From: Podarcis pityusensis
Taxonomy: Eukaryota
DNA length: 64,000 nt
Strand: one strand, 5' to 3'
NCBI GenBank assembly: GCA_964106645.2
Contig: OZ067039.1
Shown: piece by piece, positions 23,101-36,965 of the stretch
How positions within the stretch are numbered: position 1 is the stretch's first letter
How the letters are laid out: each line of letters opens with the position of its first letter
Notes under the pieces: model-generated
What the model was told of the DNA's origin: nothing
The model's database searches: none
Seen by the model: the letters and a program-made list of their open reading frames with translations, nothing else
Position numbers and translations under genes: made by a program

Positions 23101-26100
23101 ACTCTGCGTATGCTCAGAGGCAGCCCTTTCTTATGACTGGAAAAGGCATTCCGGGGATGGAGCCTCGACGTTGAAAATGGGTCACTGGCTGGTAGCATTT
23201 CACAGTTTTATGGATGTGACAAGTACACACTCCTCTGGCCCATGTGCACTGTGATGCACCACGTCCCCCATGTGTTGGCTTGGCTTAGACCCACGTGTGT
23301 ACGTGTTGCATGGTCTTGGCACACGGCACTGTGTACATACAGGCAAAACCGCAGAAATAAAAATCTGCATAGCACGCTGATTTCTTTATGTGTTAGTTGG
23401 CACTAGCCTGTGCTGCTATTGCAGTATTTAAAAAGACACCATTTGGTGTTGTGAAACATACGTTTTAAAACACATGTGCATTCCGGAGTTCTGGCTGGGT
23501 ATTTGTTGTTGTTGTGATTATTTTCTTATTACATTCATTGGTTGCTTTTTTAGGCAGAGTAACTCAAAACGACCTGCAATATATGAAAGACCACCTGCAT
23601 TGAAACTGGCCAAAAAAAGGGGGGGGGTCTAAAAGACATTGCTATTTTCAAAAGGCACAATTAAAACTCCATCTGTGTGAGGCCATAGATAATTAAGAGC
23701 CGAAATAATGGTTTTTTTTAAAAAAAAAGTTTGTGGGTTCATTGTGGGAAGAATGTGTTTTCTTGATTTGGGTGTGTGTAGGCTGTAGAGAGGGGGTGAA
23801 GTGTTTGGAGTGATAAAAATATGATATATTTTGAGGCAAGAGATCATGGGTGTGGGCAAGAGGGAGAACTGAATAAAGAAGGAGTTCTGGAGAAGCTCTG
23901 CAGTGTGTGGGAAGGTAGGTGCTTTGATAAGAGAGTAAGGTGTAAAAACACATTAAGATTATTGGTGTAAGGTCTGATGTGGAATTTACTTGCTCATATA
24001 CTACATATATATCCTGCCTTTCCTCCGAGGATCACAAGATGGTGCATGTGGCTGTACTCCCTATTTTATTCTTGAAACAACCCTGAGAGATAGTGACTAA
24101 CTGGGCCAAGGTCATGCAGGGAGCCTCATAGCTGAAGGGGAATATGAACCCGGATCCCCTCAAACAGTGTAACCACCACACCATGCTGGCTTAAATGTAA
24201 TTGACATTAGGTTGACCGAAAATGGGTCATAGATGTTGTTCATAACTGGACGTGTGGACATTTAGTTCAGTATATTCCCTCAGGCCGAGTAACAACATGC
24301 AAAGAACATTTTGAAATACGTGTCTGCATAACCGTGTTGTTGAGTAACAAGGGTGAGAGAACTTTCCACGGCCTTGGGGAACACTCTGGCCAGAACAGTT
24401 GCTAAAGGTATTGGGATGCATGAAATGTTGAGGTGTATTGCCTTAGGGATGTTGTCCATGGTGGATATTAGGCCTGGTACTGGTCAGAGCAGGAATGGAA
24501 AGCTCAGGTCCAGGGGCCTATACAGCCCTCTAGACCTTTCTGCCTGGCCCTCTGGGCTCTCCCCAGATACATCCCTCAATAGCTCTGCTTCACATCCTCC
24601 TTGGATGTTTTTCATTGGTTTGGCTGTGTCGCTGAACTTGTATAATGCCTCCTGCTTGCCTGGGTGTAAGAGAGAGAAGGGTGTGTTGTATAGCACAAAG
24701 GTAATACTCAGATTCATTGCTCCACCCACTTTTGCTTCTGGCCCCACCTACTGCTGGCAGGTGGGCCCCAGGAGGTTGCCTACTGGACAGGTTGATTTAG
24801 ACATCAAAGGTCAGGTACTCTGTTCAGTTGCAAAGCAAGAGTGACTGCATCTTAAGGGCCTCAGCTCAGAGACAGCATGAAGTGAAGACACGAGTCTCCT
24901 GCCGGGAGATGTAACCAGTCAGGTACTTTCTGCAGCTTGCTGTGCCCCCATATCAAACACATGTTTTTTTCCACACTCTGTGGCTTGACATGTATAATAC
25001 AAAGCAGAAGCCCTGCATTTGGTGGCAGACAGGGGGTTTGTTGAGGTCACTTTTATCCCTCACTCCTCTTGCTTATTTTCTACTTACAGTATCGATTCAA
25101 AGAGAGACTAGCCTTTGAGAAAAGGCTCTTTTGCTTCTGAAAAATGCCACTGTCCTAGATAAAACAACAATATGTCCCGCTAGTTATAACAACGGTATGT
25201 CCTTTACATTGTTATAATCTAGGTTCTTAACTATCCGTCCTAGGGTTATAAATATAGTGCAGCGACTCGTGATAACATGATGATAGGCAAGTGAATCACA
25301 GCTTGAAGTGTGATGATGATTGTTCTGAGATTATGCACGAAATCCTTTTGCAAAACTCCCACTTATTTCAGTGGGATTGTGATTTCCATTATGGTTTGGA
25401 ATACCTGTACCGAGAGCCAGAAGACTGTCAGAAATAAAGTTTACATGCATCTTAATACAGTAATTAGATCTCAAGTCTTAATTGAACAAGTACAGTGTTG
25501 TTTGTTATTGATGCGATGAGTTTCCATTTTTCAGGCTAAAGAGTTGAAAAGGTTGGCTAGTAAATTTCACTTAAATAGCAAATAGATGGTGATTCCTAAC
25601 CAAATGTAAAGTGTTAACTATGTTCACTGCTTTGGGAACCTTAGGGCCAAAAAGAAGTATATAGAGTTGTATGCAGTTGTGTTCCTCCACACACAGAAGG
25701 CTTGTTCTTCCAGCAGAGAGACTTTGTGAACAAAAAGAGGAGAGAGGAGTTTTTTTCAAGTTGTTATTTTATCCTGTCTCAGGCATACAGCCTGTTCCAC
25801 CCATCCCCCAAAGACACTTTACAACAGTCTAATGTAGTTTGGCCTTAAATTACAAATTTCCATTGTCTTTAAGGTTTTCTTACATGCTGACTTGGTATGT
25901 GGCCCAGATGTTGTTGTACCATAAAACCTCTAATCTTATTTCCTCACTTTGGATTGCTAGCCACTTGCTTTTAAAGTAGATGGTTTTAGGAACAAATATG
26001 TGTTCTGTTTCTGTATCCAACAAGTAAATAATAAACTGAGCATATATAACCATGGGCAGCAGCATTGACCACATGCTGTCTACATTGGCATTATCCTGAC

Positions 26101-27227
26101 AAAATATTGACCTTCTATAGTTGTTTGAGTGGAGCATCTGCCCAAGCTTTTCAACGTACGAGATAGGTTTACCTGTAGTGTTCATGACAGTTTATGTTAC
26201 AGCAATCTACTATTGGGTCACTGAATTGCTATCCATGCTGAGCTTATTTTATGCAGACTTAACTCATTGATGCCCATGGATCTAGCCATGCTATTTAAAG
26301 GACATGTTACTTCTTTATTTTGCTTTTGTTTTCTCCAGTATGATTGGCGATAGATACATATAGGTTGTTTGGTAGAGGCAATCCTTCCTAGCCAGAAAAT
26401 ACATGTGCCCCTTTTCTGAAAATCATCTTTAATTTTGTTGATTACTGATAAAAAAAAAACAGTAATCAGTTGATTACTAATTAAAAAAAGGATTTACCAA
26501 GAAAGTACCAAGATTAGTTGTAGCTTCTTAAACTCAGACTATAGAATATCACAGAATTATTGTACTCAGCCTCTTTCTGATCCTTCATTAAGCTGCAAAA
26601 AGTCTGATTTGGATTCATTGATTCTGTAGCTGGAAGCATTACAGAGTTAATAAACCTTAATAAAACTCTGAAACTTCATAGGCTCCAAGACTGATAAAGC
26701 TACATAATCTGCATGGGAAGAGATCTTAAATTCATTTCTTGTTTTTAAGCCTTGAATAACAATTATTTTCTCTGCTTTTGTGAAAGACCAAAGAATGATT
26801 GAAGAACCCAAATAATAGTGTGGTCTCTCCCATGCATAAAAATAGAGCTGTTTAGCTGTTAAGATAGAGAAGAGATTATGCTGATTTTTCAGCTCCCCAA
26901 AAGTCTTTACAGCACATGGATAGAGCTGGAGAACCAGAAAGCGATAGTGCCAGAAAGGGTCTTCCTATGGTGAGTAATTATTCCCTGGCACATAAAGTTT
27001 AGAAGCCATTGTTGCTTGGGGCTCAGTCGTCATGCTGTGAGTAGTGGGTCTCTACGCTGCTTAGAGGAGCCATAAGGGATATGGAGTGAAGATCTGCAAT
27101 CCTATGACCTAGCTCCATGCTGTAAAGTGATCCTAACATTAGAGCCTGGAAGGGGATTGCTGGAGCAGGGAAACTGATACTGTTTATATCCCAAAAGGAC
27201 TGTCATATTTGTAAAGATCCTAAATCC

Positions 27228-27362
27228 AGGAGTAGCCAACGTGGTTCCCACCAGATGTTTAAGGCTACAGTTCCCATCAGCTCCAGCCTTGGTCAGTCAT
27301 CAGGAATGATGGAAATTGTAGCCCTAAGCATATGGAGAGAGCACCATGTTGGCTACCCCTGC
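27228..27362. mobile_element. Hairpin MITE (same family)
   Basis: CAGGAGTAGCCAAC...GGCTACAGTTCCCATCA...TGATGGAAATTGTAGCC...GTTGGCTACCCCTG. Confidence 0.7.
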
Positions 27363-27985
27363 TTCAAATCTTGCCATCTTTCAGGGTCACTCTCAATTTC
27401 ACTTGCTAATGGAAAAATTAGTTTTGAGTTGATATTTTGTGAGGACAATTCTAGTATTCATGCCAGTTTGCAACATGCTATAATCCGAGGTGTCAATGTC
27501 ATCATTTAATTTTTTATAGGTCAGGGTTTTTTGCTTTGCTTATGAGCATAAATAAGGCATTAGTACTGTCCCACTCTGTTGGATGTCTGGCATGTACGTT
27601 TACATGTCTGGCATTCATGTTTACATAGTTTGCTTATCCAGGAGATTTGGTGTGCAAGACGAAGAATGCTAGATAAGCTACGTTGTTACTAGACTGGCTT
27701 ATGTGTGAATGGCTTGGATACAGAGATGCAGAAAGTTTGTTCCACTCATGGGAGGGCTGTTCTTGACACAGCAGAAGAGTGTTGCACAATAAAAATTATC
27801 CACAATCTAGAGGAGCTATTGTGTTTGTGTGAACTCCTCTTAAGACTTTTATGTGGCTTTTTGGTGTTTATATATCACAGCCTGCGTCCTCCCTATGTTT
27901 CTTGAGCTGTAATTTAACACCCTGAACCATGTTGGTGCTGCAGTGTGTGCAGACTCCTATTGTTTGCGCAAGAGTTCATGGAATA

Positions 27986-28206
27986 CATTTGTACCTTGGT
28001 TCTCAAACGGAATCCGTTCCGGAAGTCCGTTCGACTTCTGAAAACATTCGAAAACCAAGCTGTGGCTTTCTGTACTCAATCAAAAGCCATGGAAGCCCCG
28101 CTGGATGTTTGGCTTCCAAAAATAATTCACAGTCACTTCCAGGTTTGTGGTGTTCGGGAGCCAAAACGTTCGAGCACTAAGCTGTTCAAAAACCAAGGTA
28201 CGACTG
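27986..28206. mobile_element. Second, inverted copy of the 2401-2650 MITE family
   Basis: AACGGAATCCGTTCCGGAAGTCCGTTCGACTT and TTTGGCTTCCAAAAATA are reverse complements of internal parts of the first copy. TA flanks. Confidence 0.8.
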
Positions 28207-28269
28207 TAGTACTAACATGTTTTTTTTTTTGCTTTCTACTTAGTATTATTTGAATATCTTTGTGTGTGT

Positions 28270-28306
28270 GTTTTACTTAGAAGGCGTTTTTCATACCTTA
28301 CTGCCG

Positions 28307-28338
<32 letters not shown>

Positions 28339-28740
28339 TAAGCTAACTATGAAAGCATCAGAAAAAGCCATAAAAAACACCAGGCAAAGCCATTAAAATA
28401 ACAGGCATTTAAAAGAGTATCGGGCATTGTTAAAACAGTGGAAAGCAGGATGAACTTGACCTGATGCTTTTGCATATTTGTCTAGCGGGGGTGACCAAAA
28501 TTTGGGTGTTACCACTGAAAAGACCTTCTCTCTTGTAGCCAGGCACTTACCCTCCAAAGGCAGATGTTCATGGAGAAGGGCCTTTGAGGCTGATTTTAAA
28601 GAATGCCATTATTTAGATGGCCAGGTCCCAGGCTCCCAGACTGTTTAGGGCTTTAAAGGTTGAAAGTCAACATTTTAAACTGAATCCAGAAATAGACCAG
28701 TAGCCACTGCAGCTCTTTTAAACATGTTCTGATACGTTTT
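28270..28740 (-). mobile_element. Old L2-like 3' fragment
   Basis: ACCACTGAAAAGACC..., GTTTAGGGCTTTAAAGGT and CCACTGCAGCTC motifs of reverse-oriented L2, heavily decayed. Confidence 0.45.
28310..28336. repeat. (AC)n microsatellite
   Basis: Tandem AC run. Confidence 0.95.
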
Positions 28741-29585
28741 TGTTGCCGGTCTTGTAGTCCCATTAAGGCAAGTGACTACTATGTGTGCTTATAGTTGCCC
28801 ATCAAACTATGGGGTACAGATCATTTTCTTGTATAAATTAAGCCACAGGAACCATGCTGATGATTGGCACTTTGTTACAGAGGCAGTGATTATCTACTAA
28901 AAATATTTATGTTGTATGGTGACAACCCCCAGTAGCCTTTTAATTATCCTTTAGAATTTGGGTATTAAACACATACTTTACATTGGGGGGAAAATCCATT
29001 TTGAACTATTAGGGATGTAATTATGGCCTCCTAGACTGCACAAATGATTGACAATGCATCTGCATTGCTTTTAAGCCACAGAAAAATAATAGCTACATGC
29101 AGAGCATAATAGTTTTTGATGTTCACAGAATGGTTATGAGCTGCAGAGACAAATCTAACACAGGGTTTTTCCTCCTCTGGAGAAATCATCATAAGAGTGT
29201 AGAAGCATCTCTTGGTATTTGGTGGTGATAGGGTTAGGGAACTATGCCAGCTGGATATGATTGATAAGAGGTTGAATAGGCCATTCAGTGCCATTAGGAC
29301 GGGATCAGAGTGCTTTATTAGCAAAATATTCCACAGATAAGCATTCCTGAAAACACACAGGACTAAAGAACAAACTGATATGTGCAAGAGTTGTGAAACC
29401 TCGATCATTTTCTGCAAGTCTTACGCTTTGAGCCCATGGAGCTCAGTGTTCAGAATAAGACAAGACTGACCTTGCAGATACTGGTTCTGATTTAAATAAG
29501 CCTGAGTTCCACTTTATATTATTTACTGGGATTTTGTGGGTTGTAAATCTTAATAGCTAGGTGAGGTTGACCAATTTTCCTTATA

Positions 29586-29800
29586 CAGTGTTACCTCAGG
29601 TTACGAACTTAATTCGTTCCAGAGGTCCGTTCATAACCTGAAACCGTTCTTAACCTGAGGCGCGGTTTTGCTAATGGGGCCTCCTGCTGCTGGCGGACGA
29701 TTTCTGTTCTCATCCTGGGGCAGAGTTCGCAACCTAGAGCAACTACTTTCGGGTTAGCGGAGTTTGTAACCTGAAGCGTTTGTAACCCGAGGTACCACAC
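29586..29800. mobile_element. Tc1/mariner (Tigger-like) MITE
   Basis: TA|CAGTGTTACCTCAGGTTAC...GTAACCCGAGGTACCACAC|TA. Confidence 0.8.
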
Positions 29801-30302
29801 TATATGTTGTTACTATGACATAAGAAAACTGAAGCCTTCAGTAGTGTTATAAAGCGTAGCTAAATTTGTTATTCCTTAACTGCATTCAGACATGACACTT
29901 TAAAGACTAACTTGTTTTATCATGGCAAAAGTGAAAAGTAGTTAAAAAGTATTGGTGCAAACAGGGCAAGTTTGTTTTTTAGATCTCCCCCAAAGCAAGT
30001 TGTAGACTAGAGTAACCTATGACCCTTCAGATGTAGTTGGACTCTCAACTTCCATCAGACTCAGCCAGGAGGGCTAATGGCTGAGGATAATGGGAGGGCT
30101 AAAGCTTTCCTATTCCTGCTGTACAGGAATTTAGTTAAGACATTGCAGCTGAGTGGATACTTGGTATGAGAGTATAAATTGGTGACATTTTCCCTAAGCA
30201 GAGTTCACTGTAATGCTTTGAGTAAAAACAGTGAATGGTTTTGTTTTATTCTCCATGGCATTTGTTTCAGTAAAAAGTAATGGCAGTTTACATTTATTCT
30301 AG

Positions 30303-30442
30303 TTCACGAAGGCAGTCCGCTTGGGGAGCTTCACCGATGCGTCCGTGATGGTGTAAAAGTCAACGTCCACGTCCGAACTTTCAAAGGACTTCGTGGAGTC
30401 TGCAGTGGGTTCTTGGTTGCATTTGACAAGTTCTGGAATATG
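30303..30442 (+). CDS. LSM11: LSM11 exon 2 (Sm motif 1)
   Basis: [46 protein letters not shown]. Flanked by AG/GT. Confidence 0.96.
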
Positions 30443-31738
30443 GTAAGGATTGTCACCCCCTTTCTATGATTTTACAGCTAATTACCAATTGGCAAAGGGT
30501 TACTTCAACCAGATGGCATGTTCAGCAAAGGGGTATGGACGATCCTCTAGTTTCCAGGTAGAAGTGAGTCTTGGCTCTTATCTGGTCAGTTCAAAGCATC
30601 AGTGGAACAGTCTTGCACCCTGTTTGCACCCTGTTGACCAGAGAGTGTTTCTTCAGAGTCTTGTCTTCGGTTAACACAAGCTGAGCTAATTGTGTTGGAT
30701 TGTTCTCACTTACCTTTCTCTTTCTTTCTCTTGTTTTATGCCCCCCATTCCCCCCCCCCCGCAAGATCTTTGCCACCTCCTTTACTTTCTTGGTTGCTAA
30801 GTGAAAGACACGCACAAAATGTCTTTGAAAATGTATGGGTGAAAGCAGAAATCTCCCTAAAATATGCAACAAAAGCCCTAGTAGTCATCTGTTTGACTGG
30901 AACCCCAAGTCGTCTGGCATTAAGGTCGCCCCCCCCCCCCCGCCATTCTCTTGACCTCTCTCCCACATGCACAGCAGTTTGTCATCTTTTTGTTAAAGTT
31001 CCTTCCGTGTTATGCTAACTCTGCAAGGGCTTTTTAGTTTAGTTCGAACTGGATGCTGACGAGTCAGAATTAAGACACGAGCTGAATGTGCCACCCGTCT
31101 AGAGTGCTAGCTGCAAGTGTAAGCACAAAACTTGATACAGAATCAGAGAAAAAGTTTTATTTGCATCACCAGGCCAGAATCCTAACCAAACTGACTAGAC
31201 CTTCAGAAGAATAGGGAAGGGCAATAGGCAAGTGGCTGCGCCCTCTAACACAGCCCCCCCCAACCTCTTCATGTTTGGCAGAAGTTCAAAAGGAGGAGCC
31301 CCAATGCACAGGGCTTTCATTCATATGGAGAAGTCTATGTGTACAGACTCCTCTTGTACTGAACCCGGGAACTTGGAAGCGTGGAGCCCCTGGAGATGTT
31401 AGGGGTGGGGCAAGCAGGCAGGCATGCATGCAAAGCACTTCTGAAAAGGGCTAAGGAGAAGATGAAAAGAAATGTGCAAACATTTTGTAATTGTAATTCT
31501 GCAGGTATCCTGTTTAAATTTGTGCTTTCTTCTGTTTTTCTTTTTAAAAAATATAATTGTAAGCAGTGTCTTTATAAAAAACAACAACCTGGAAAGGATT
31601 AAATTATTGGAGTAATGTGTAAGCTGGATAATGCTAATTCCTAATTCTCTGCACCCAGGCCCCAAAAGTTACATGACAAAAATGCCATATACAGCCACAG
31701 CCTGCCTTGATATTTTCTTTCTGCTTCCCTTGCCCTAG

Positions 31739-31822
31739 GCCCTGACAGACGTAGATGAGACGTATCGAAAACCTGTGCTGGGTAAAGCTTTCTATGTAGA
31801 GCCACAGTTGACTCTCACCAGG
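31739..31822 (+). CDS. LSM11: LSM11 exon 3
   Basis: [28 protein letters not shown]. Flanked by AG/GT. Confidence 0.95.
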
Positions 31823-33765
31823 GTAAGTAGCCATTCTCCCGCTTGTTTGTTGTTCTGGGCCAGCCCTGCTGTTAGGCAGAGTGACAGCAAAGATCCCCTG
31901 TGTTGCGAACAGAAAAATCTGGCAACCTAAAAGCAACATGACAGGCTAATAATTTGATTACAACACTTTATATAGCTACTAAATTGTATCTTCATTCAGA
32001 GTCACTAATTAGTAGTGAAAGCTGAACCATTGTAACCTATGTACCCTCTCGTACCTCTTATTTGCTGAGGAAGAAAGTTTGAAACAGTCGGTTATCCAGG
32101 AAGGACTGTCCTGCTACTGCCTCGGGAGCATCAACTTCTTTCAGCATGTTCACTGCTAAATATATGAATAAGTCGTGGATATAACCAGGTGCATCCGTGC
32201 TGTGGTTGGGACTTTATACTTATTTTGGAAGGCATGTTGCCTCAAGCTTGAATCGTTCTCTGTTTGATACACCATTGAAAAAATCCTTTACTTTGGGAAA
32301 TTCTCTGAAGTCACATTAGTTGGTGTTACCTTGTATATATTGTATGCCACTTGACTCTGAATGAAGATACAATTTTGTAGCTATATAAAGTGTTGTAATC
32401 AAATTATTGGCCTGCCTTGTTGCTTTTAGGTTGCCAGAGTAGGCAGAGTGAGGCAGCAGATATGGAGGAGAAGAGAATGGTGGCAAGGTGTTGGAAGGGA
32501 GAGCTGTGTGTGCCACACCATGGCCTACCCAAGCTAGCCTGCTAATTTCCATTCCAGCTGGATTCTGTACATGCAATGGGGGGGGGCATCTTGTTCTTTG
32601 CCTCAGACAGCAAAATGTCTTGGGTCAGCCTTGTAGTTGGCTGGTGCAAGTGCACTAAATTTAAGCCTATAAGCTCAATTTCCCACATACTAAGGGTGTA
32701 TTTTATTTCAAAACAGACTTAAGGTTAAGCTGGAGCGCTAGCTCATTTCTTAATGTCAGGTAAATGGATAGAGCAGCAAAAGTGGGCCCCGTTCCCACTT
32801 TCCAGCCCTTACCTTGTAAAGAACTTATAAAGTTGCTGGCCAAGGGTAGAGATTTCTTTTTCCAAAACCTTTATCTTTTGGCACACTTGGCAACATTAAT
32901 CCACTCTTTCATAAAATGTTAACAAGGTGGCTTACAACATATGGAACGCAATAAAAGCAAACTATAAATATCTACAAAACATAATTAAAAATATTTGATA
33001 CTGGATGTGTTTTGCAAGCTTCAGCTATAGGTGGCAGACAGTGTAATTTTTTTTACTTGCAGCTGGTATACACATGCTTGATGGCTTAGGACTTGTTGCT
33101 TTGCAACCTGCTTCCTTGGGAAACACTGTTAAAGGGAGAGGAAACTTCTGTCTATGCTTATGCCCTTGATAGCCTTTTCACATGGGCAGCTTCCTAAAAT
33201 GACGAGCATCCATGTGTGAGTTCTCCATTAGCCATTGCTCTTCATGACCAGTGGTCAGCAGATTTATCCAGCAAAATGTATCCACTAGTACCACTTACTG
33301 TTTAACATTTATTCAACAGCAGCAATGAACTAGGCTCTATTCACACAAAGACTGAAATGATGCAGTCCTTGTCCCAGAGGGCTTACAGCTCAAATCAGAT
33401 TGATCTATTGCTTTTAGCCCCAGGATTTAACAGAGCAGTACAAAGTCATAGCAGTAGCATTTGTCACAAGGCCAAATCTGCTATGTGTACATGCGTGAGG
33501 TGTGTTAGTCATGCACACAGAAAACATGGAAGCTGGATAACTCCATAACTGCCAAATAAGTAATCTCCTTAGCATTAGAGTGCTTACAGTTTGTATTATC
33601 CAGCCAGCAGAAAGTACTGTACATGAAAAGCATTGCTGTGTATTTTTCCTCTTGCAAAAAACACCCACTCTCTAGTTAGGCCCTCCGTGGTGGGCCATAT
33701 GCTTTCAGATTACAGAATGAGATGACAGCTTTCATGACATATTTGTTTCCTCCCACCCCCTGTAG

Positions 33766-34149
33766 CTGTTTGACAGACTCAAGCTGCAAGAGTCCCTGGT
33801 TAAGAAGGACGTTTCAAAGATGGCTGCTGATCTGCCAGCTCTTCCATGTGATCCTAGGACACTTCGGTGGAAGTCCGAGTCAGGTCGGAGGAGGTCAGAA
33901 GAACGAGGGGCAAAGAAGCGCTCGAGCAAAGAGAGGACACGGAGCTCTAGCCTGCCTCGAACTTATGGGAAAGAGATTGAGCTGTCTGGCAGAATCTCCC
34001 AAACAGAGGGGACGAGTGCAGGTGGCACAAGAGGTCGATCACGGAAAAAGCGGAGGCCCAAAGTGGATTACCAGCAAGTTTTCACACGGCACATAAACCA
34101 GATTTTTATTCGGGGGGAGAATGTCTTGCTTGTTCATCTAGCCCATTGA
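33766..34149 (+). CDS. LSM11: LSM11 exon 4 (long spacer, Sm motif 2, stop)
   Basis: LFDRLKLQ...[35 protein letters not shown]. Total CDS 1053 nt. Confidence 0.95.
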   Translation: MFDRLKLQESLVKKDVSKMAADLPALPCDPRTLRWKSESGRRRSEERGAKKRSSKERTRSSSLPRTYGKEIELSGRISQTEGTSAGGTRGRSRKKRRPKVDYQQVFTRHINQIFIRGENVLLVHLAH

Positions 34150-35914
34150 TCTGATTGCCATTACTCAGCCAGCAGCATGAACAGTGGTGGCAGCTGCATG
34201 CTACTTTGTGAATTGTTTTGTAACTTCTTCTCTTCCTCTGACTGAAAGGAAGGAAGGCAAGAGCATCTTGAGCCAGCTACCAGCTTGTTTGGACTAAAAT
34301 TTGGCCAAGGAAGCTGCTGCCTCCACAAAGAGAAAGATCTCCTAAGTCCTTGAACAGTGGAACTTCCAGAATTTGTGATGCTGTGGGGCAAGTATTGCTG
34401 TATATTAAAAACCCATGTGGTCTGAAACAAGTAGCTCTGTTTTTGCTATGTGGCTGCAAAAGAAGCGGAGTATGCCATTGACCTTGGTACTTCATTGTGG
34501 AATGCTAGTAATTTGAAATCATGGGAAAGCACGTTTATAAAAAAATGGCAATGGAATTCAGAGCATGTGAAAAGGAGGAATGGCTTTAGGTATGGACTTG
34601 TTTGGATCTCATCTCTCCCTCCTCCTAATAGCATGCATGGGTGGGGAGGTATTCCAGAGTTGAATCACAGTGCCCTCTGGTGTCTTGAACAAAAAGGGAA
34701 TGGAAACTGAATCAAGTGGTTATTTGCTGATGGGATGCCTTTTCTCTCTAACTCATTTGTGATCAAAGGCAGTATTTGGCCTTTTCTTCAGTATTTACAC
34801 AGCCTATGCTCTTAAAACCATCTTCCCCTGCTTCCCCACCCCACCCCACCCCACCCCGCGCCACCAGCAAACAGTGAATGTAGCTAACTATGTAACTTCT
34901 CTACCTGGAGCTTGTCTAAATGTATGTATTATAAAATGGGTTGGAACAACCCAGAAATTGCAATCCAAGTTTTTTTTAATTGTTCATTTCATCCATTTGT
35001 GTGTTGCAGCGGTAAAGACTTAAGGCGATGTACATAAGTTGCTTAAAATAGAGAAGATGGTGTTTTATTCTTAGGCACAGTTATACATTATAGAAGTGGC
35101 TGATTTCCCTGATGGTGATTGAAGAGAATAATTTGCTTGTGATACCTGCAAGCGTAGTCCTGATTGCTTCTAGGTTCTGAATGACATGCCTCTAATGCTA
35201 GTTTGATTGTTCCTGAGAAGCATGTTTTAAGACTACTGAAAAGTATGCATGGTGATTATTTAGAAAATCAGTATTATTAAATGTTTCCCCCCTTATGATT
35301 CAATAATCATCAGAAGAAGCTGTGCAACATGTTGTAACAATACATATATATATAAAGTGTCTGCCAAGAGAGATTTTATGGTGCTGTATAATAGTGCCCT
35401 CTGTTTACAGTGAGTGTGTGTATGTAGCACTCCAATAGCTGGACTTTGCTGCCATTGCTTGTGTTGGAATGCAATTACTATTGTATTGGGTGGCATTTTA
35501 AAAGTCTCTGTAGAATTATTAAGCTCAAAAACACAGATTTCTAACTCAAAACATATAGGTTACATTTTGTAAGTCAATTCTGATTTTCTAGAATAATCTA
35601 GCAATCTTCTAATGATTGGCGTTTTCCACCATCGATAGTAACCCTTAGACAATTGCATGTAGTTTGTGATTATCATTTTTTCAGGCTTAAAAAAAAATAT
35701 TCATGGGTGGAGCTCAGTTTCTTTCCTCTTATTTCTCCAGCCGAGTTATGGGCTGCAAAATGGGCTGGGTAGGCTCAAGTAGGGTAGATTTCAAGGTGGG
35801 GAGGGAAGATGATTGTTCCAACTTTTGTGTTTGGAGGCAACCATTTTTTCCCCACTCAGTGCCTTGAAATTTGCAGAGTTATGGCATCATGTGGGATTCA
35901 CAGGATCTTTTTGT

Positions 35915-35973
<59 letters not shown>

Positions 35974-35975
35974 AA
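35915..35975. repeat. (AGAA)n microsatellite
   Basis: Long perfect AGAA run. Confidence 0.95.
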
Positions 35976-36902
35976 ATCTGCTGCTGCTAATGATGAGCCC
36001 TCTCCCAAATCACCTGGAGAATTATTTCCCTTCAGAAAATATTTGGTGAAATGGCCCCAATTTGGAGGAGCTCTGAATGTCATGCTCACCCCCCGAAAAC
36101 TGAGGCTGCAGTTTGAAAAGGAAGGCCAGTGTGGAGAAGAGGGGCTTCTTAACCCTTTTTGTTCATGTTGTTTTTCCTGGGGAGTCCCAAAGCTTTCCTC
36201 ACTGGAGAGTAAAGCAATCTTCAGTGGAGAAAACAGCATGAGGAGAAAGGGTTGTGCCCCACAGCCCGCCTGCTTCAAATTCTGTGAAAAAGAAGCATGG
36301 AATGATCCACTGTGTGAAGTTCTGCCCTGAGTATTGTGAGGTTCAAGGAATTAGCCATTTTATTGTCAACCTAGTACAGCTCAAGATGACAGACTGAAAG
36401 AAAGGTACAAGAGCTAGGAAAGGAAAAGGAGCCAAACTTGGAGTTCACCTGCCATTTGCTATGTTTAGCATAATCTCTTGACTTGATGTGTAGCTTCCCC
36501 ATTGAGTGGGAATGGGATATGCAAAATGTCTCGGATGATGTTATATTTTTCCCTGGGTTATTCTTTGCCATGCTGCAATTTAAAATGCATGTCACAAACA
36601 TGTTTTTCACTCTTTCACCCTCCTTGCTTCAAAAAGAAACCCAGGGACATGAAATACTAGTTTCTGAATTCCCTTAGCAGCCTACCTTTTGCCCTTTCCA
36701 GTTTGACTTTTCCCAGTCACCTTTGGCTGCAAAGGCTATCACAAAAATGATCTTAAGAGATTCTTGTGGCTGGATTTAACGAATTTTGTGTCTGTTCTTG
36801 ATTCTTCCTCTGTGGCTCTTTTCTCCTCAAAGTACAGTTTCTTGACTCTGTGCTCCAGACAGTTTTCTTTTAGCTTAAAAAGTTCACCTAGACACCTCTC
36901 CC

Positions 36903-36941
<39 letters not shown>

Positions 36942-36965
36942 ATCTATCTATCTATATCTATATAT
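36903..36965. repeat. (ATCT)n microsatellite
   Basis: Tandem ATCT with an imperfect 3' end. Confidence 0.95.

Noticed and set aside
24353-24844. 163-aa ORF in LSM11 intron 1
   Set aside because: Non-ATG start, overlaps decayed repeat-like sequence, and shows no protein similarity I can recognise.
28476-28486. TATTTGTCTAG resembling the U7 Sm site
   Set aside because: One mismatch, no U7 5' guide or 3' hairpin, and it lies in a decayed LINE.
31056-31082. CTGACGAG...GAC, a hammerhead-like start
   Set aside because: No GAAA follows the putative helix II and there are no flanking helices.
35813-36278. ORFs with RKKE / FLSF repeats
   Set aside because: These are translations of the (AGAA)n microsatellite.
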